DNA of 64,000 nucleotides from an uncultured Sulfurospirillum sp. (GTDB lineage Bacteria; Campylobacterota; Campylobacteria; Campylobacterales; QNZT01): NCBI GenBank assembly GCA_964573205.1, contig CAZNIT010000026.1, positions 1 to 64,000 of the forward strand, read 5' to 3'. Shown piece by piece: positions 9,203 to 19,045 of this stretch (position 1 is its first letter; each line of letters starts with the position of its first letter). The notes under the pieces were generated by a model. It saw only the letters and a program-made list of their open reading frames with translations, ran no database searches and was not told where the DNA came from. The position numbers and the translations under genes were made by a program.

Positions 9203-10387
9203 ATGTTTGAAAATATGGATAAAGATTTCGTTTTGCACAGTTACGGACGAAATTATGTCGAGTTCGTAAAAGCCCGAGGCGCTAAAATATATGACGCCGA
9301 GGGTCATGAGTATATCGATTTTACTTCCGGCATAGGAGTCGTAAGCGTAGGTCATGCAAATGAGCGAGTAAAAGATGCCATATGCGATCAGGCGTCGAAG
9401 ATCATTCATATTTCCAACCTTTATCTCATACCTCCGCAAGCCGAGCTTGCAAAGTCTCTTGTTACCAAAAGCGGCTTTGATGCCAGATGCTTTTTCGCAA
9501 ACAGCGGCGCAGAGGCGAATGAAGGAGCTATTAAAATCGCCAGAAAGTACGGAGAGGAGGGGGGATTGCCCAAGCGTTACAAGGTAATTACGCTCAAGCA
9601 CTCGTTTCACGGAAGAACGATCTCCACTCTAAAAGCTACCGGACAAGAGAGTATGCATAACTACTTCGGTCCCTTTCCCGACGGGTTTGTTTATGCCGAG
9701 GATATAGATCAAGTCGAGTCTTTGCTCGATGATCGTACGGTTGCCGTTATGATCGAGCTTGTGCAAGGAGAGGGCGGGGTGGAGCCTCAGGATAAACAAA
9801 AGGTGCTCTCTTTGGCAAAAACACTTAAGCGAAAGGATATTCTTTTGATCGTGGACGAAGTTCAAACCGGCATATACAGAACTGGAGAGTTGCTTGCTTC
9901 AAACCTCTATGAAATCGAGCCCGATATAGTCACGCTCGCAAAAGGGCTTGGAAACGGAGTTCCCATCGGTGTCGTTATGACTCGTTTAAAAGATATCTTT
10001 TCGCCCGGAGATCACGGTTCGACCTTTGGGGGAAACTATCTTGTGACCAGAGCCGCGTTGGAAGTGGTCGATATCCTTTGTGAGTATAAAGATAGCGGTT
10101 TGTTGGATGAGTTTATGCTCTATTTTGAAAAGGAGCTCAAACTCTTGGTGAAAGAGTATCCTCACATCGTTGAAAAAGAGGTCGGGCTCGGTTTGATGAG
10201 AGGTCTTCGTATAAAAAGCGCCGACTTGTTAAATAGCGTCATCGACAATGCGTTCGAAGAAAAAGTTTTGGTTTTAAAAGCGGGAAGAAACACACTTCGT
10301 TTTCTTCCTCCGTTAACCATTTCAAAAGAGGAAGTCGATGAGGGATTCAAAAGATTAAGATCGGCTTTCGATAAGATCGGAGCCTAA
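9203..10387 (+). CDS. argD: Acetylornithine aminotransferase (class III PLP aminotransferase)
   Basis: 394 aa. Family-typical length and conserved blocks (FTSGIGVVSVGHAN...LLIVDEVQTGIYRTGE...TFGGN). AAGGA RBS. Confidence 0.9.
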   Translation: MFENMDKDFVLHSYGRNYVEFVKARGAKIYDAEGHEYIDFTSGIGVVSVGHANERVKDAICDQASKIIHISNLYLIPPQAELAKSLVTKSGFDARCFFANSGAEANEGAIKIARKYGEEGGLPKRYKVITLKHSFHGRTISTLKATGQESMHNYFGPFPDGFVYAEDIDQVESLLDDRTVAVMIELVQGEGGVEPQDKQKVLSLAKTLKRKDILLIVDEVQTGIYRTGELLASNLYEIEPDIVTLAKGLGNGVPIGVVMTRLKDIFSPGDHGSTFGGNYLVTRAALEVVDILCEYKDSGLLDEFMLYFEKELKLLVKEYPHIVEKEVGLGLMRGLRIKSADLLNSVIDNAFEEKVLVLKAGRNTLRFLPPLTISKEEVDEGFKRLRSAFDKIGA

Positions 10388-10390
10388 AGA

Positions 10391-11422
10391 GTGCGAAAAT
10401 TTAGCGACTATATGAGCGAGTGGCTATACAAAAGCGAGGGTTACTATACGAGTTTTCGCTCGATCGGCAAAGACGGTGATTTTTATACGGCCGTTAGTTC
10501 GAGTATGTTTTTCGGCGGTTCTATCGCAAAAAGAGTCATTTCGGTCATAGAGGAGGGGTTTTTACCCGAAGATTCGCTGATCGTGGAGGTTGGTGCTCAT
10601 AAAGGTTATCTGCTTGCCGATATGGTACAGTTTATTTACAGTTTAAGACCGGATCTTTTGAAAAGTTTGAGATTCGCCGTAGTTGAGCCGTTTGAACAAA
10701 ATAGAGTAGCTCAAAAGAATTACTTTAAAGATTCATTCGGCGATGCGGTAAAATTTGAGATATATGAGGATTTTAAAAATCTTAAAAATGAGAGCGCTTT
10801 TGTTGTGGCAAACGAGATTTTTGACGCCTTTTCGTGCGAGCTTGTCAAAGACGAGAAGATGCTATATGTAAAAAACGATGAATTTCTTTTTGAAAAAATG
10901 GATGAATTTACCAAAAGGATAGTCAAAAAGTACTCAATTTCAAAAGGAGAAGTCGCAAGAGGTTACGAAGAGTTTGCGACAACTCTTTTTGATACGTTTA
11001 AAAGATATGAGTTTGTCTCTTTTGATTACGGGGATCTTCGAAAAAGAGAAGACTTTTCTATACGAATTTACCATAAACATCAAACGATTCCCTTTTTTGC
11101 GTTGACTGATTTTGTCGAAGATAGTGCTCAAAAGATAGAAGATATCTCTTTGGAAGAGCTTTTTAAAAAAAGCGATATAACTTATGATGTTCATTTCGAT
11201 CATTTGATCGATGCTTTCAAAAAAAGCGGCGCGATTTTAGTAGAGTTCAAAACACAACTTGCTATGCTTGTAGAGTTCGGGATTATCGAGCTTTTGGAAC
11301 TTCTTCAAAAAAATACGGATGAAAAGAGTTATATGAGTGAGCTAAATCGTGCTAAATTGCTGATAGATCCGGCATTTATGGGTGAGAGATTCAAAGGGGT
11401 GATATTTAGGAAGACGGGGTGA
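10391..11422 (+). CDS. Class I SAM-dependent methyltransferase, MidA/NDUFAF7 (DUF185) family
   Basis: 343 aa. GTG start 4 nt after the argD stop. EVGAHKGYLLADM motif and overall architecture match MidA-like methyltransferases. Confidence 0.65.
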   Translation: MRKFSDYMSEWLYKSEGYYTSFRSIGKDGDFYTAVSSSMFFGGSIAKRVISVIEEGFLPEDSLIVEVGAHKGYLLADMVQFIYSLRPDLLKSLRFAVVEPFEQNRVAQKNYFKDSFGDAVKFEIYEDFKNLKNESAFVVANEIFDAFSCELVKDEKMLYVKNDEFLFEKMDEFTKRIVKKYSISKGEVARGYEEFATTLFDTFKRYEFVSFDYGDLRKREDFSIRIYHKHQTIPFFALTDFVEDSAQKIEDISLEELFKKSDITYDVHFDHLIDAFKKSGAILVEFKTQLAMLVEFGIIELLELLQKNTDEKSYMSELNRAKLLIDPAFMGERFKGVIFRKTG

Positions 11423-11994
11423 GAAGTTTATTTTTAGTCGCTCTTTTGACTTTGAGTCTATCTTGTGACAAGGTGAACGGCTGGAACTATCTTCATGAAT
11501 GCGTTAACAAGAGCGATATAAATAAAACCTCTAAAGCTTGTAAAATATATGACATCAATTCCGCCACGAAAGCCGGAATAACTCCTCTTCATATAGCGGT
11601 AAAAAACAGAGATTTGAAAATGGTGATTTTTTTACTAGATAGCGGTGCGGATATAGATGCGCAAGATGTAAACGGTTTGGCTCCTCTTCATTATGCTATT
11701 GGACAAAAGCGGATAAAAATTGTAAAATATCTCGTTAAAAGAGGTGCCGACATCGGGTTGGCGAATAATTACGGTATAACACCGCTTCATCAGGCGGCTT
11801 ACGGCGGAAGAGTTGAGATCGTAGAGTTTTTACTGATGAACGGGGCGGATGTTTTTGCAAAAAACGATAACAATTCAACGCCTTACGATCTTGCGAAAGC
11901 GAAAGGAAAAATCGGCGTTAGCCGATTGTTAAAAGCATATATGGGAGAAAAGAGGGATGCAAATAACGGTAAACGGACAAAAAAAGACAATTAG
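11419..11994 (+). CDS. Ankyrin-repeat protein with lipoprotein-type signal peptide
   Basis: 191 aa. N-terminus MRSLFLVALLTLSLSC with a lipobox-like LSC. At least four ankyrin repeats (GITPLHIAVKNRDLKMVIFLLDSGADIDAQDVNGLAPLHYAI...GITPLHQAAYGGRVEIVEFLL). GTG start overlaps the upstream stop (GTGA). Confidence 0.8.
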   Translation: MRSLFLVALLTLSLSCDKVNGWNYLHECVNKSDINKTSKACKIYDINSATKAGITPLHIAVKNRDLKMVIFLLDSGADIDAQDVNGLAPLHYAIGQKRIKIVKYLVKRGADIGLANNYGITPLHQAAYGGRVEIVEFLLMNGADVFAKNDNNSTPYDLAKAKGKIGVSRLLKAYMGEKRDANNGKRTKKDN

Positions 11995-12157
11995 TGACGA
12001 GATGACGATAAAAGATCTTTTGATACAGTTAAAGATCGAGCAAAAGACTATGGCAAGCGCTGTAAATATGGAAGTCGTAAAAAAAGAGCAGTGGCAAAAT
12101 TATCGTCTTAAAGAGGGCGACAAAGTGGAATTTTTACATTTCGTAGGAGGCGGATGA
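11957..12157 (+). CDS. thiS: ThiS/MoaD-family sulfur-carrier protein (orphan, no thiF/thiG nearby)
   Basis: 66 aa, MQITVNGQ...GDKVEFLHFVGGG. Canonical ThiS length, N-terminal motif and C-terminal Gly-Gly. Overlaps the ankyrin gene 3' end by 38 nt. Confidence 0.75.
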   Translation: MQITVNGQKKTISDEMTIKDLLIQLKIEQKTMASAVNMEVVKKEQWQNYRLKEGDKVEFLHFVGGG

Positions 12158-12162
12158 GTTAA

Positions 12163-12190
12163 AAACCGCCCCTCTTTTTTAAGGGCGGTT
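12163..12190. terminator. Bidirectional Rho-independent terminator between thiS (+) and pelA-like (-)
   Basis: Stem ACCGCCC / GGGCGGT with loop CTCTTTTTTAA. T-rich tracts on both strands (TTTTAACTC on the minus strand, ACTATTTATCTC on the plus strand). Confidence 0.6.
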
Positions 12191-12195
12191 ACTAT

Positions 12196-14886
12196 TTATC
12201 TCTCTTCTATCGTAACGGTATGTGTACCGTAACTGTTGAATATCAGTTGAATATTTTTTGTATATGCGTTGACTCCTCTGCCTCTTTTTCCTCTTTTACC
12301 TCTTGAGCATCCTCTTTTATTGTAGCGTGAGCGTTTATCGGTATATATTCTATCGGCGCCGCTTATTCTATAGTTTCGTAAACTTTTTGCCAATGATATA
12401 TCGACTCTGCCTTCTCCTTCAAAGCTGAAGGAGAGATTACTACCGTCTCCGTTTAGAGTTAAAAGATTCGCTCTCATCGGTAAATTTGTAATATGAGTGA
12501 CCGGATCCGTCGAACTTCCCGTATAAATAGTGTAGTTACCGCCGTCTTGATCCAAAAAGACTTTTTTATCGTTATAAGCGTACCAGTTGTCAACGCTTTG
12601 AATTTTTTCATCCGCATCTAGTGTGGGCTCTATCGCAAATTTACCGACATTTTGAGAGTCAACCGTGACATTGATGCTCCGAGAGGTTTTTTCGATATTC
12701 AACTTCGTGTTTTTGAATGTCTCTATACGTTTTGCAAGATCGGCCGCCGTTAAAAACTCGCCTCCGTCTTGATATGCCGTTTTTATCGTACTCGTAAACA
12801 TATCGAGACTATATTTTCCGGATGCGGCACCCGTAGTGGGACCGTAATCATGCCAAGGCCAGTGAACGATAGGCAAAGAAGCATGATTTGTTATACTTTT
12901 ATACTCTTTTTTCCAAAATTCTTGTGCTTGGTATGTTGTTAGAGGCTGTGGGATATAGCTACCGCTCTCCTCACTCCATACCGGAATACCGAACTCTATA
13001 AGCGTAAAGTCAAAAGCCATATTCGGACTTAAATAGACTTTTGAAGATGAAGGCGTAAGATAGCCCATGGCTCCGGGATAGCCTGCTCCCTCTCCGGAAT
13101 ATCCGCCGCTTAAATAATCAAGATACTGCAAGATCTCTTCGGCGACTTCCACATCTTCGGGCGCACCCGGTACCGCACCGCCTCGTATGTTTTTATCGCG
13201 CCATGTGGGATTGAGATGGGAAGCTATGATATTCATGGAGTTGTTGAATTCGAACTCTATTTCATCCTTTCCAAGCTGATTCGTGTCATGAGGGTGTGTA
13301 AATGAATGTGTTCCTATTTCATTACCTAGATCGATATAGGATCTATACAATATAGATGAGTAGTCCCAATCCGTTTTTTGCTCGGGCGGATTGTTCCCTA
13401 TGTTGATGTAGTAGCTTCCGACAAAGTTGTACTCTTTTTTCCACTCTTGAAGGAGGTTCAACAATGCGCCGTCGTTCTCTTCAACCTCGTCAATCTCCTG
13501 AGATTGATCCATGTCGTTTCGCGAAACGAACAGATTGTTAAAACGTCCCATCTTTAGTGCGACCGGCTTTTGGGAACCGAATATACTCCATTGAATAGCC
13601 GACCATAAAAGGTTACTGTCTCCCATAAACTCTAACGAACTAAAATGCACGTTCCTTCCGCCCGTTTTCATAGCCATTACGGCATCGTACTCAGCCCTAT
13701 TTTCGTCACTAGTAACGCTTTGCGTGGCTAGTACGGAAACTTGTTGGGAATCGACACCGTTACATACGGCGGTGAAATAACTGTACCAATGGTTATTGTC
13801 ATACTTTAAAATAGTTTCCTCGTTTTCATATGATCTCATTATCGGATGAGTCGTATCGCTCGCCTTTAGAGTGATTTTAACCGGCCCGCTGCCGTCAACT
13901 CGTCCGATACCGAGCATCTGTTTCATATTCGAATAGGCGTCGTTCGCGATTGCGGAGCCGTCGGAGAGATTAGTCATCCAGTCTCCGGCCGTTATGATTC
14001 CTATGCCGTAGTGATAAATGGCGCTATATAGCGTTTGGTGTATCTTTTGAGCGTTTTGCGTCGGAACATAGGAGAAATTCGGGAAAACCAAAACGTCGTA
14101 ATTGACAAGTTTCGAAATATCCGTCAAATCTTCTTCAGTCAAAAGATCAAACGGAATACCGGCCATCATCGAGTGGTACTGCATAGTCATAAAAATTTGA
14201 GAGTAAGCCTTTTGAATGGATAAGCCGGCATCGTAAAAGCGTTCTTTGCTCGTCTTTGAATAGACTATACCGACTCTTTTGCTAAAGTCAGTTCTTTTTG
14301 GAAGTTGTAAAGGAGTGTTCGAGATGCTGTATTGACCTAAAGTGTAGTATTTAGGGAAAAAGGTTTCATCGTTGATGTCGCCTATTACGCCGATATCTTG
14401 TTGCGGATTATCCAGGTAAGAAGCGGGAACTTTTATCTCCAAAACAGTTCGTTCGTCATTGTATCCGTGTTCAAGCGGACCGGTAACGTATGTGCCGTCT
14501 CCTCGATATAGATAAGGTTTTTCGTCTTGAGAGTAAATGTTTATAAAATACTCCGCTCCCGCGTAGCTGCCCCAAACTTTAAATCCTGTGTCAACATCGT
14601 TGTCGGTATTGAGCCAGAAAGTCGTATTGGCGCCGATTTGCGTGCCTTTGGTTTTAATAGCGAACGCGTATTCGTCGGATGAGGGGATATATTTCCCATA
14701 AATTGCATCTTCTTTACTTAAAGCGGGCGGCAGATTATCGGGAAGATTGATCTGTTCCAAAATATCCCACTCGCTCATATCTCCGTCAACGTTTATATCG
14801 GCGAAGAGAAAGTTCGCGCAAAGTAGTGAAGCGGCAATTGCGGAGCACTTGGAGAATAAAAAGCTTTTATTTTTCGTTTTATACAT
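12196..14886 (-). CDS. pelA: PelA-like secreted multidomain polysaccharide deacetylase/hydrolase (CE4-type HSFTHP motif), last gene of the Pel locus
   Basis: 896 aa. Signal peptide. CE4-like motif IGTHSFTHPHD. A middle region resembling the class-I glutamine-amidotransferase-like domain of PelA. Position next to pelB. Presence of a GH114 hydrolase domain was not verified. Unusual Arg/Lys/Gly-rich C-terminal tail. Confidence 0.5.
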   Translation of the reverse strand: MYKTKNKSFLFSKCSAIAASLLCANFLFADINVDGDMSEWDILEQINLPDNLPPALSKEDAIYGKYIPSSDEYAFAIKTKGTQIGANTTFWLNTDNDVDTGFKVWGSYAGAEYFINIYSQDEKPYLYRGDGTYVTGPLEHGYNDERTVLEIKVPASYLDNPQQDIGVIGDINDETFFPKYYTLGQYSISNTPLQLPKRTDFSKRVGIVYSKTSKERFYDAGLSIQKAYSQIFMTMQYHSMMAGIPFDLLTEEDLTDISKLVNYDVLVFPNFSYVPTQNAQKIHQTLYSAIYHYGIGIITAGDWMTNLSDGSAIANDAYSNMKQMLGIGRVDGSGPVKITLKASDTTHPIMRSYENEETILKYDNNHWYSYFTAVCNGVDSQQVSVLATQSVTSDENRAEYDAVMAMKTGGRNVHFSSLEFMGDSNLLWSAIQWSIFGSQKPVALKMGRFNNLFVSRNDMDQSQEIDEVEENDGALLNLLQEWKKEYNFVGSYYINIGNNPPEQKTDWDYSSILYRSYIDLGNEIGTHSFTHPHDTNQLGKDEIEFEFNNSMNIIASHLNPTWRDKNIRGGAVPGAPEDVEVAEEILQYLDYLSGGYSGEGAGYPGAMGYLTPSSSKVYLSPNMAFDFTLIEFGIPVWSEESGSYIPQPLTTYQAQEFWKKEYKSITNHASLPIVHWPWHDYGPTTGAASGKYSLDMFTSTIKTAYQDGGEFLTAADLAKRIETFKNTKLNIEKTSRSINVTVDSQNVGKFAIEPTLDADEKIQSVDNWYAYNDKKVFLDQDGGNYTIYTGSSTDPVTHITNLPMRANLLTLNGDGSNLSFSFEGEGRVDISLAKSLRNYRISGADRIYTDKRSRYNKRGCSRGKRGKRGRGVNAYTKNIQLIFNSYGTHTVTIEER

Positions 14887-15124
14887 AGAACCTCTTTTAA
14901 TGTTTAAAATGCAGATATAATAACAAGTAACTCCAGAAGAATAACTTACCTTGTTAAGTTAATTTTACAATATAAATAAAAATAAAATATAATTTTTTAC
15001 GATCCGAAAACTATACTATCGCGAGGCTCTTTTTCTTCTATTTAAGAAGATAGGTTCGGTTGTAAGGAACTTTGAATTTATATCATGAAATCAAATATTT
15101 GCTGATCGTATGATATTACATGAA

Positions 15125-18121
15125 TTAATAAAGATAGCCGTGTGAAAACGTTATTAGCCATAAATCTTGATTGTCAGTGGCCGATTTGTTGTAATTGAGC
15201 GAAAGATTCAATCGATCGTTTCCGAAAACTCCGCCGTTGATTCCGACACGAGCGCCTAACAACAGACCGAAGCGATCATGATAAGTCGCGCTGACTCCTC
15301 CGTAGGGTTTCCAAGTCATCCCGTACCTTTGAGAAGCGCCCGTTGCGATATCTACTCCAATTCCACCTTGTGAATAATCTTTGGGCAAAAGCTCGTTTTT
15401 GCTAAAGTCGGCGATACTCAGATATTCTCTTAAGAGAATATCGGGATAACTGAATTTTATTCTCTGTTGTAATTCAAAATCGAACTTACTGGCGTCGCCT
15501 ATTTTTTCTCCGGTTCGAAGTCTATATCTGTTCGAGGAGATTTTCGTTTCGAAAGAGAGTCTATCGTTAAAGCGATATCTAAATCCGAAATTAACTTGAT
15601 CTTTCTCACCTTGTATTCGTAAGTTCGTGGTTTCGTCGGCTGCCGTATTTTTTTGCAAATCGATTTTTAGAGTTAAATTTTTTGTTATCGTATCGTTGAA
15701 ACCGAAGAAGTATTGTATGTTTGAAGAGAGGTTTTTTACATATCCCGCACCGGCTTCGACATATCCGTTTGATAAAAGTTTTTTCACTAACAATCTTGCG
15801 AAAAAATCGTTCGATCCATCATCGTTTATCAAAATTAGATCCGAACTGTTTTTTGCGAAATAAAGAGCGCTTTTGAGATAATAACTATTGGTAACGTGAT
15901 TAGTATTTTCGATTTTTGCATAGGAGCGTTTTAGAGTTTGTTGATTTTCATATCCGGCTTCGAAATCCGTATTATTCGCATATTGAGTAACGATATTTTT
16001 ATTTAGCCGATAAAGCGAAAGATTATTCGGCGCTTGATTCAAAGCTTTGAAGCTCTCATCTTTTGCTTTTGCTATACGTTTGGTTCGAATTAAAGCTTCT
16101 ATTTTCCCCTCTATCGGCAAAATTGCTCCATAGTGATACAGAAGTTCATGCATTGTGTAAGTATCGTTCTTTTTAAGCGATAGATATAGTTTTAACCAAA
16201 TTTGAGGTTTTTTGAGTTTTTTGCTCAAATAGGCCGCGTATTCGTCGCTGCGGCCATGAAGTTTCCAAGATATTTTTATATCGAGATATCTCTTTTCATC
16301 CAATATCTTTTTTGCGTATTTCATCAACTTTTCATAGCTTTCACTCGGTATGAAATTTATCGAAGATCTGAGATATAAAGTGAGAAATCGTCTATTTTTC
16401 AAAAGATTAGGATCTTTTTGTAACCTTTGGCGCAAACTCGAATAGACCTCTTTTTTTATTTTTAAAGACTCTTCGTTTTTACCCGTAACTTTCAAAAGAT
16501 TTGCATAATCAAGTTTTAACTCCATATTTTTAGGATCGTTTCGTAGTGCTTTTTTATAGTGATAAAAGGACTTTTTTATTCTGTTTAATCTATAATTTAT
16601 CGCCGCGGCCAAAATATGGGCACTTTGATTTCGTATCGTTTTTCGGTCGATTTTTACGGCGATCTTTTGAAGCTCTTTTGGTCGATCTACCCTCATTAAA
16701 AACCAGCCGTATCGATTTAAGATCTCATCTGAAGATGGGTCGAGTTCGAGCGCTTTTTCATATGCTTTGACAGCTTCATCTATTTTATCCGATTCTTCGT
16801 CCAGCGAAGCTAGTATCAACCAATAAAGCGGATTTTTTTCGTATCTTTCTCGATCGTTTGGCGAGAGTTTTTTGATTTGATCCGTAACCTCATATGCTTT
16901 TTTGTTTTGAATGTTCGCTTTGGCGAAAGCGAAAAAGTACGAATCGTCTTTATAGAGTCGCCAAGCTTTAAATGATATTTTCGAGACATATTCGGGATCT
17001 TTTCGGGCGTAAAAGGAGATCAATTTATCATACTCCGGTTTTTCGCAACTGTTTTTGAGACAATACTCTTTTAAAACTTCGGCCGCTTTATCGTTTTTTC
17101 CTACGTACGAGTATAGGTCGCTTAAAAGATACAGGTATTTCGAATCTCTATCTTTAGCTAGATGTTTGACGCTCAAAAGTGATCGTAACGATTTTAAGTA
17201 TCTTTTTCGTTCGAAATGGATTTTGCTTAATATAACGGCGTTATCTATATCTAACGCTCTTTTTTTTTCCAAAACTTCGAGATATTTTAGGGCTTTCTTT
17301 TTTTCTCCTATTTCGTAATGGTATTTTGCACATACTCTTAAAATATTCGGATTGTCGGTTTTTTTATAAATTTTTTCCAAATATGCGGTTGCGTTTTCTA
17401 AAATACCGAGTTTCATAGCCGTTTTCAAAAATTCATCTATTTTTTCGGTATCGCTTGGATTCGAGTATATTTCATTCAATAGTTTAAAGTAGATGTCGTA
17501 GCCGCCGTAAATTTTTTTAACTGATTCTTTTTGTCTATTTCGTCTATTTTTTTCGAAGATGAAAACATAATGTTTAAGCGCTTTTTTTCGCTCGCCGCTC
17601 CAGCTTAAAGCGTCTGCGAGTCTTTTTCTCCATATTAGGTTGTCGGGATCTTTTAAGAGTGCTTTTTTTGCTATCTTTTTCGCATTTTTCAAATCGTTGT
17701 TATAAATGAAAACTTTATAGATCAGTTCACTGAGATTTTCATCTTTTTTACCGTTTTTTATATGGGTGAAAGGGGTTTTTTGAGCGGATTTCTTTTTAAC
17801 GAAACTTTTTGTATCTTTTTTTAGGGTAAAAAACTCTCTTTTCGTTTTTGTCAAAAACGCTCCCGGTACTATTTTTTTGTAATACGGAAGTTTTTTTCTC
17901 ATTTTATTCTTCGTATCGCAACCGCATTTTATCGTATATCCGTTTTTCTCTTTTGAAATTATACGGCATTGCGAATCTAAAGGAAGTTTTTGCTTTATAG
18001 TCTGCGGTGAGGAGTTGTCAAAGGATCCCAATTGAATACTGTAACAGGTGTCGTCGATCTTCTTTGAATATAGCTTTGAACTAAAAAGAAGTATGCATAT
18101 AAAAGCGCTAACCAATCGCAT
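15125..18121 (-). CDS. pelB: PelB-like outer-membrane export protein (signal peptide, long TPR region, C-terminal beta-barrel porin)
   Basis: 998 aa. N-terminal signal MRLVSAFICILLFSSKLYS. Many TPR-like helical repeats. C-terminal beta-strand-rich region ending ...ITFSHGYLY (aromatic C-terminus typical of OMPs). Confidence 0.6.
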   Translation of the reverse strand: MRLVSAFICILLFSSKLYSKKIDDTCYSIQLGSFDNSSPQTIKQKLPLDSQCRIISKEKNGYTIKCGCDTKNKMRKKLPYYKKIVPGAFLTKTKREFFTLKKDTKSFVKKKSAQKTPFTHIKNGKKDENLSELIYKVFIYNNDLKNAKKIAKKALLKDPDNLIWRKRLADALSWSGERKKALKHYVFIFEKNRRNRQKESVKKIYGGYDIYFKLLNEIYSNPSDTEKIDEFLKTAMKLGILENATAYLEKIYKKTDNPNILRVCAKYHYEIGEKKKALKYLEVLEKKRALDIDNAVILSKIHFERKRYLKSLRSLLSVKHLAKDRDSKYLYLLSDLYSYVGKNDKAAEVLKEYCLKNSCEKPEYDKLISFYARKDPEYVSKISFKAWRLYKDDSYFFAFAKANIQNKKAYEVTDQIKKLSPNDRERYEKNPLYWLILASLDEESDKIDEAVKAYEKALELDPSSDEILNRYGWFLMRVDRPKELQKIAVKIDRKTIRNQSAHILAAAINYRLNRIKKSFYHYKKALRNDPKNMELKLDYANLLKVTGKNEESLKIKKEVYSSLRQRLQKDPNLLKNRRFLTLYLRSSINFIPSESYEKLMKYAKKILDEKRYLDIKISWKLHGRSDEYAAYLSKKLKKPQIWLKLYLSLKKNDTYTMHELLYHYGAILPIEGKIEALIRTKRIAKAKDESFKALNQAPNNLSLYRLNKNIVTQYANNTDFEAGYENQQTLKRSYAKIENTNHVTNSYYLKSALYFAKNSSDLILINDDGSNDFFARLLVKKLLSNGYVEAGAGYVKNLSSNIQYFFGFNDTITKNLTLKIDLQKNTAADETTNLRIQGEKDQVNFGFRYRFNDRLSFETKISSNRYRLRTGEKIGDASKFDFELQQRIKFSYPDILLREYLSIADFSKNELLPKDYSQGGIGVDIATGASQRYGMTWKPYGGVSATYHDRFGLLLGARVGINGGVFGNDRLNLSLNYNKSATDNQDLWLITFSHGYLY

Positions 18122-18173
18122 ATGTTTCCTTCAAAATGATCATAAAGGTAGATCGGCAATAAGTTAAGCTTTT

Positions 18174-19037
18174 TTAATGTTTTAGTCGTTTTAAAATATA
18201 TTTTCTAGCATTTGTCTGTTTCCCGGCGGCGAGATAAAATCGTACGATTTTTTCGAAAACCTCATCATCGTATAAAAAGAGATCTTCGTATTTTTGCATA
18301 ATCTTTACTCCCCGTGTGAAAAAACCGCCGTAAGTCAGAACCTTGATCGCCTCAACAAATATCTTTTTTTTCTCGCTATAGATTTGTGTGTTTTGTAGTA
18401 GATCTTCATACAGCATCAGCGCTTCGTTTAGTTTGTTGTGCGCGAGATGATGTGTCGCGAGTTTCATTTTCCATTTATCGTCTATTTTAGCAAGTTTCTT
18501 TAGCATTGAGATATATTTGTTTTTATCGTCGCTTTGGGCTAGATAATTTAATATATCCGTTTGAAAATTTTCATCATGCGATACAAGAAGCATATCCGTT
18601 AACATATTTTGATACTCTTTTAAAAGTTTCTCACGCTCTTTTGTTTTTTTCAAAAGGAAAAATTGTCTTTTAAAAAGTTTTTCACCCAATAAAATGGCTT
18701 TCTCTCTAATATCCGGTATGTTTGATTGTAAAAGAAGTTCGACGATTCGCTTTACGGCTAAAAAGTGATTCTCTTTAAAATGTATATCTGCATAATGAAA
18801 AAGCAGTTCATAATTTCTGTTGTCGAATTTGACGATGTTTTTTATATATACGATAGCAAGATCGTTGCTCTTTTTCTCTTTCAAAACTTTCTGCTTTAGC
18901 GTCTCTTTCGGAAAAAGCATATATAGCACGAAGCAAAATACTCCGAATATGAATATGATCTCCGGCAGACTGATCACTTTTATCTCGGTTGGAGTTTTTG
19001 AAAGTATTTCTCTTCTTTTTTCTATAAAATTATGCAA
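18174..19037 (-). CDS. Membrane-anchored TPR-like protein between pelG and pelB (extra Pel-associated gene, PelE paralogue or split PelB N-terminus)
   Basis: 287 aa. Single TM (IIFIFGVFCFVLYMLF) followed by helical repeats. 8 nt from the pelG stop. Confidence 0.45.
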   Translation of the reverse strand: MHNFIEKRREILSKTPTEIKVISLPEIIFIFGVFCFVLYMLFPKETLKQKVLKEKKSNDLAIVYIKNIVKFDNRNYELLFHYADIHFKENHFLAVKRIVELLLQSNIPDIREKAILLGEKLFKRQFFLLKKTKEREKLLKEYQNMLTDMLLVSHDENFQTDILNYLAQSDDKNKYISMLKKLAKIDDKWKMKLATHHLAHNKLNEALMLYEDLLQNTQIYSEKKKIFVEAIKVLTYGGFFTRGVKIMQKYEDLFLYDDEVFEKIVRFYLAAGKQTNARKYILKRLKH

Positions 19038-19045
19038 ATCTCACC

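Noticed and set aside
9173..9610. 145-aa minus-strand ORF overlapping the 5' end of argD. Also a 27-aa plus-strand ORF at 9086-9170 in the intergenic region.
   Set aside because: The first is antisense to a well-supported argD. The small ORF has no properly spaced RBS. The region more likely holds the divergent promoters.
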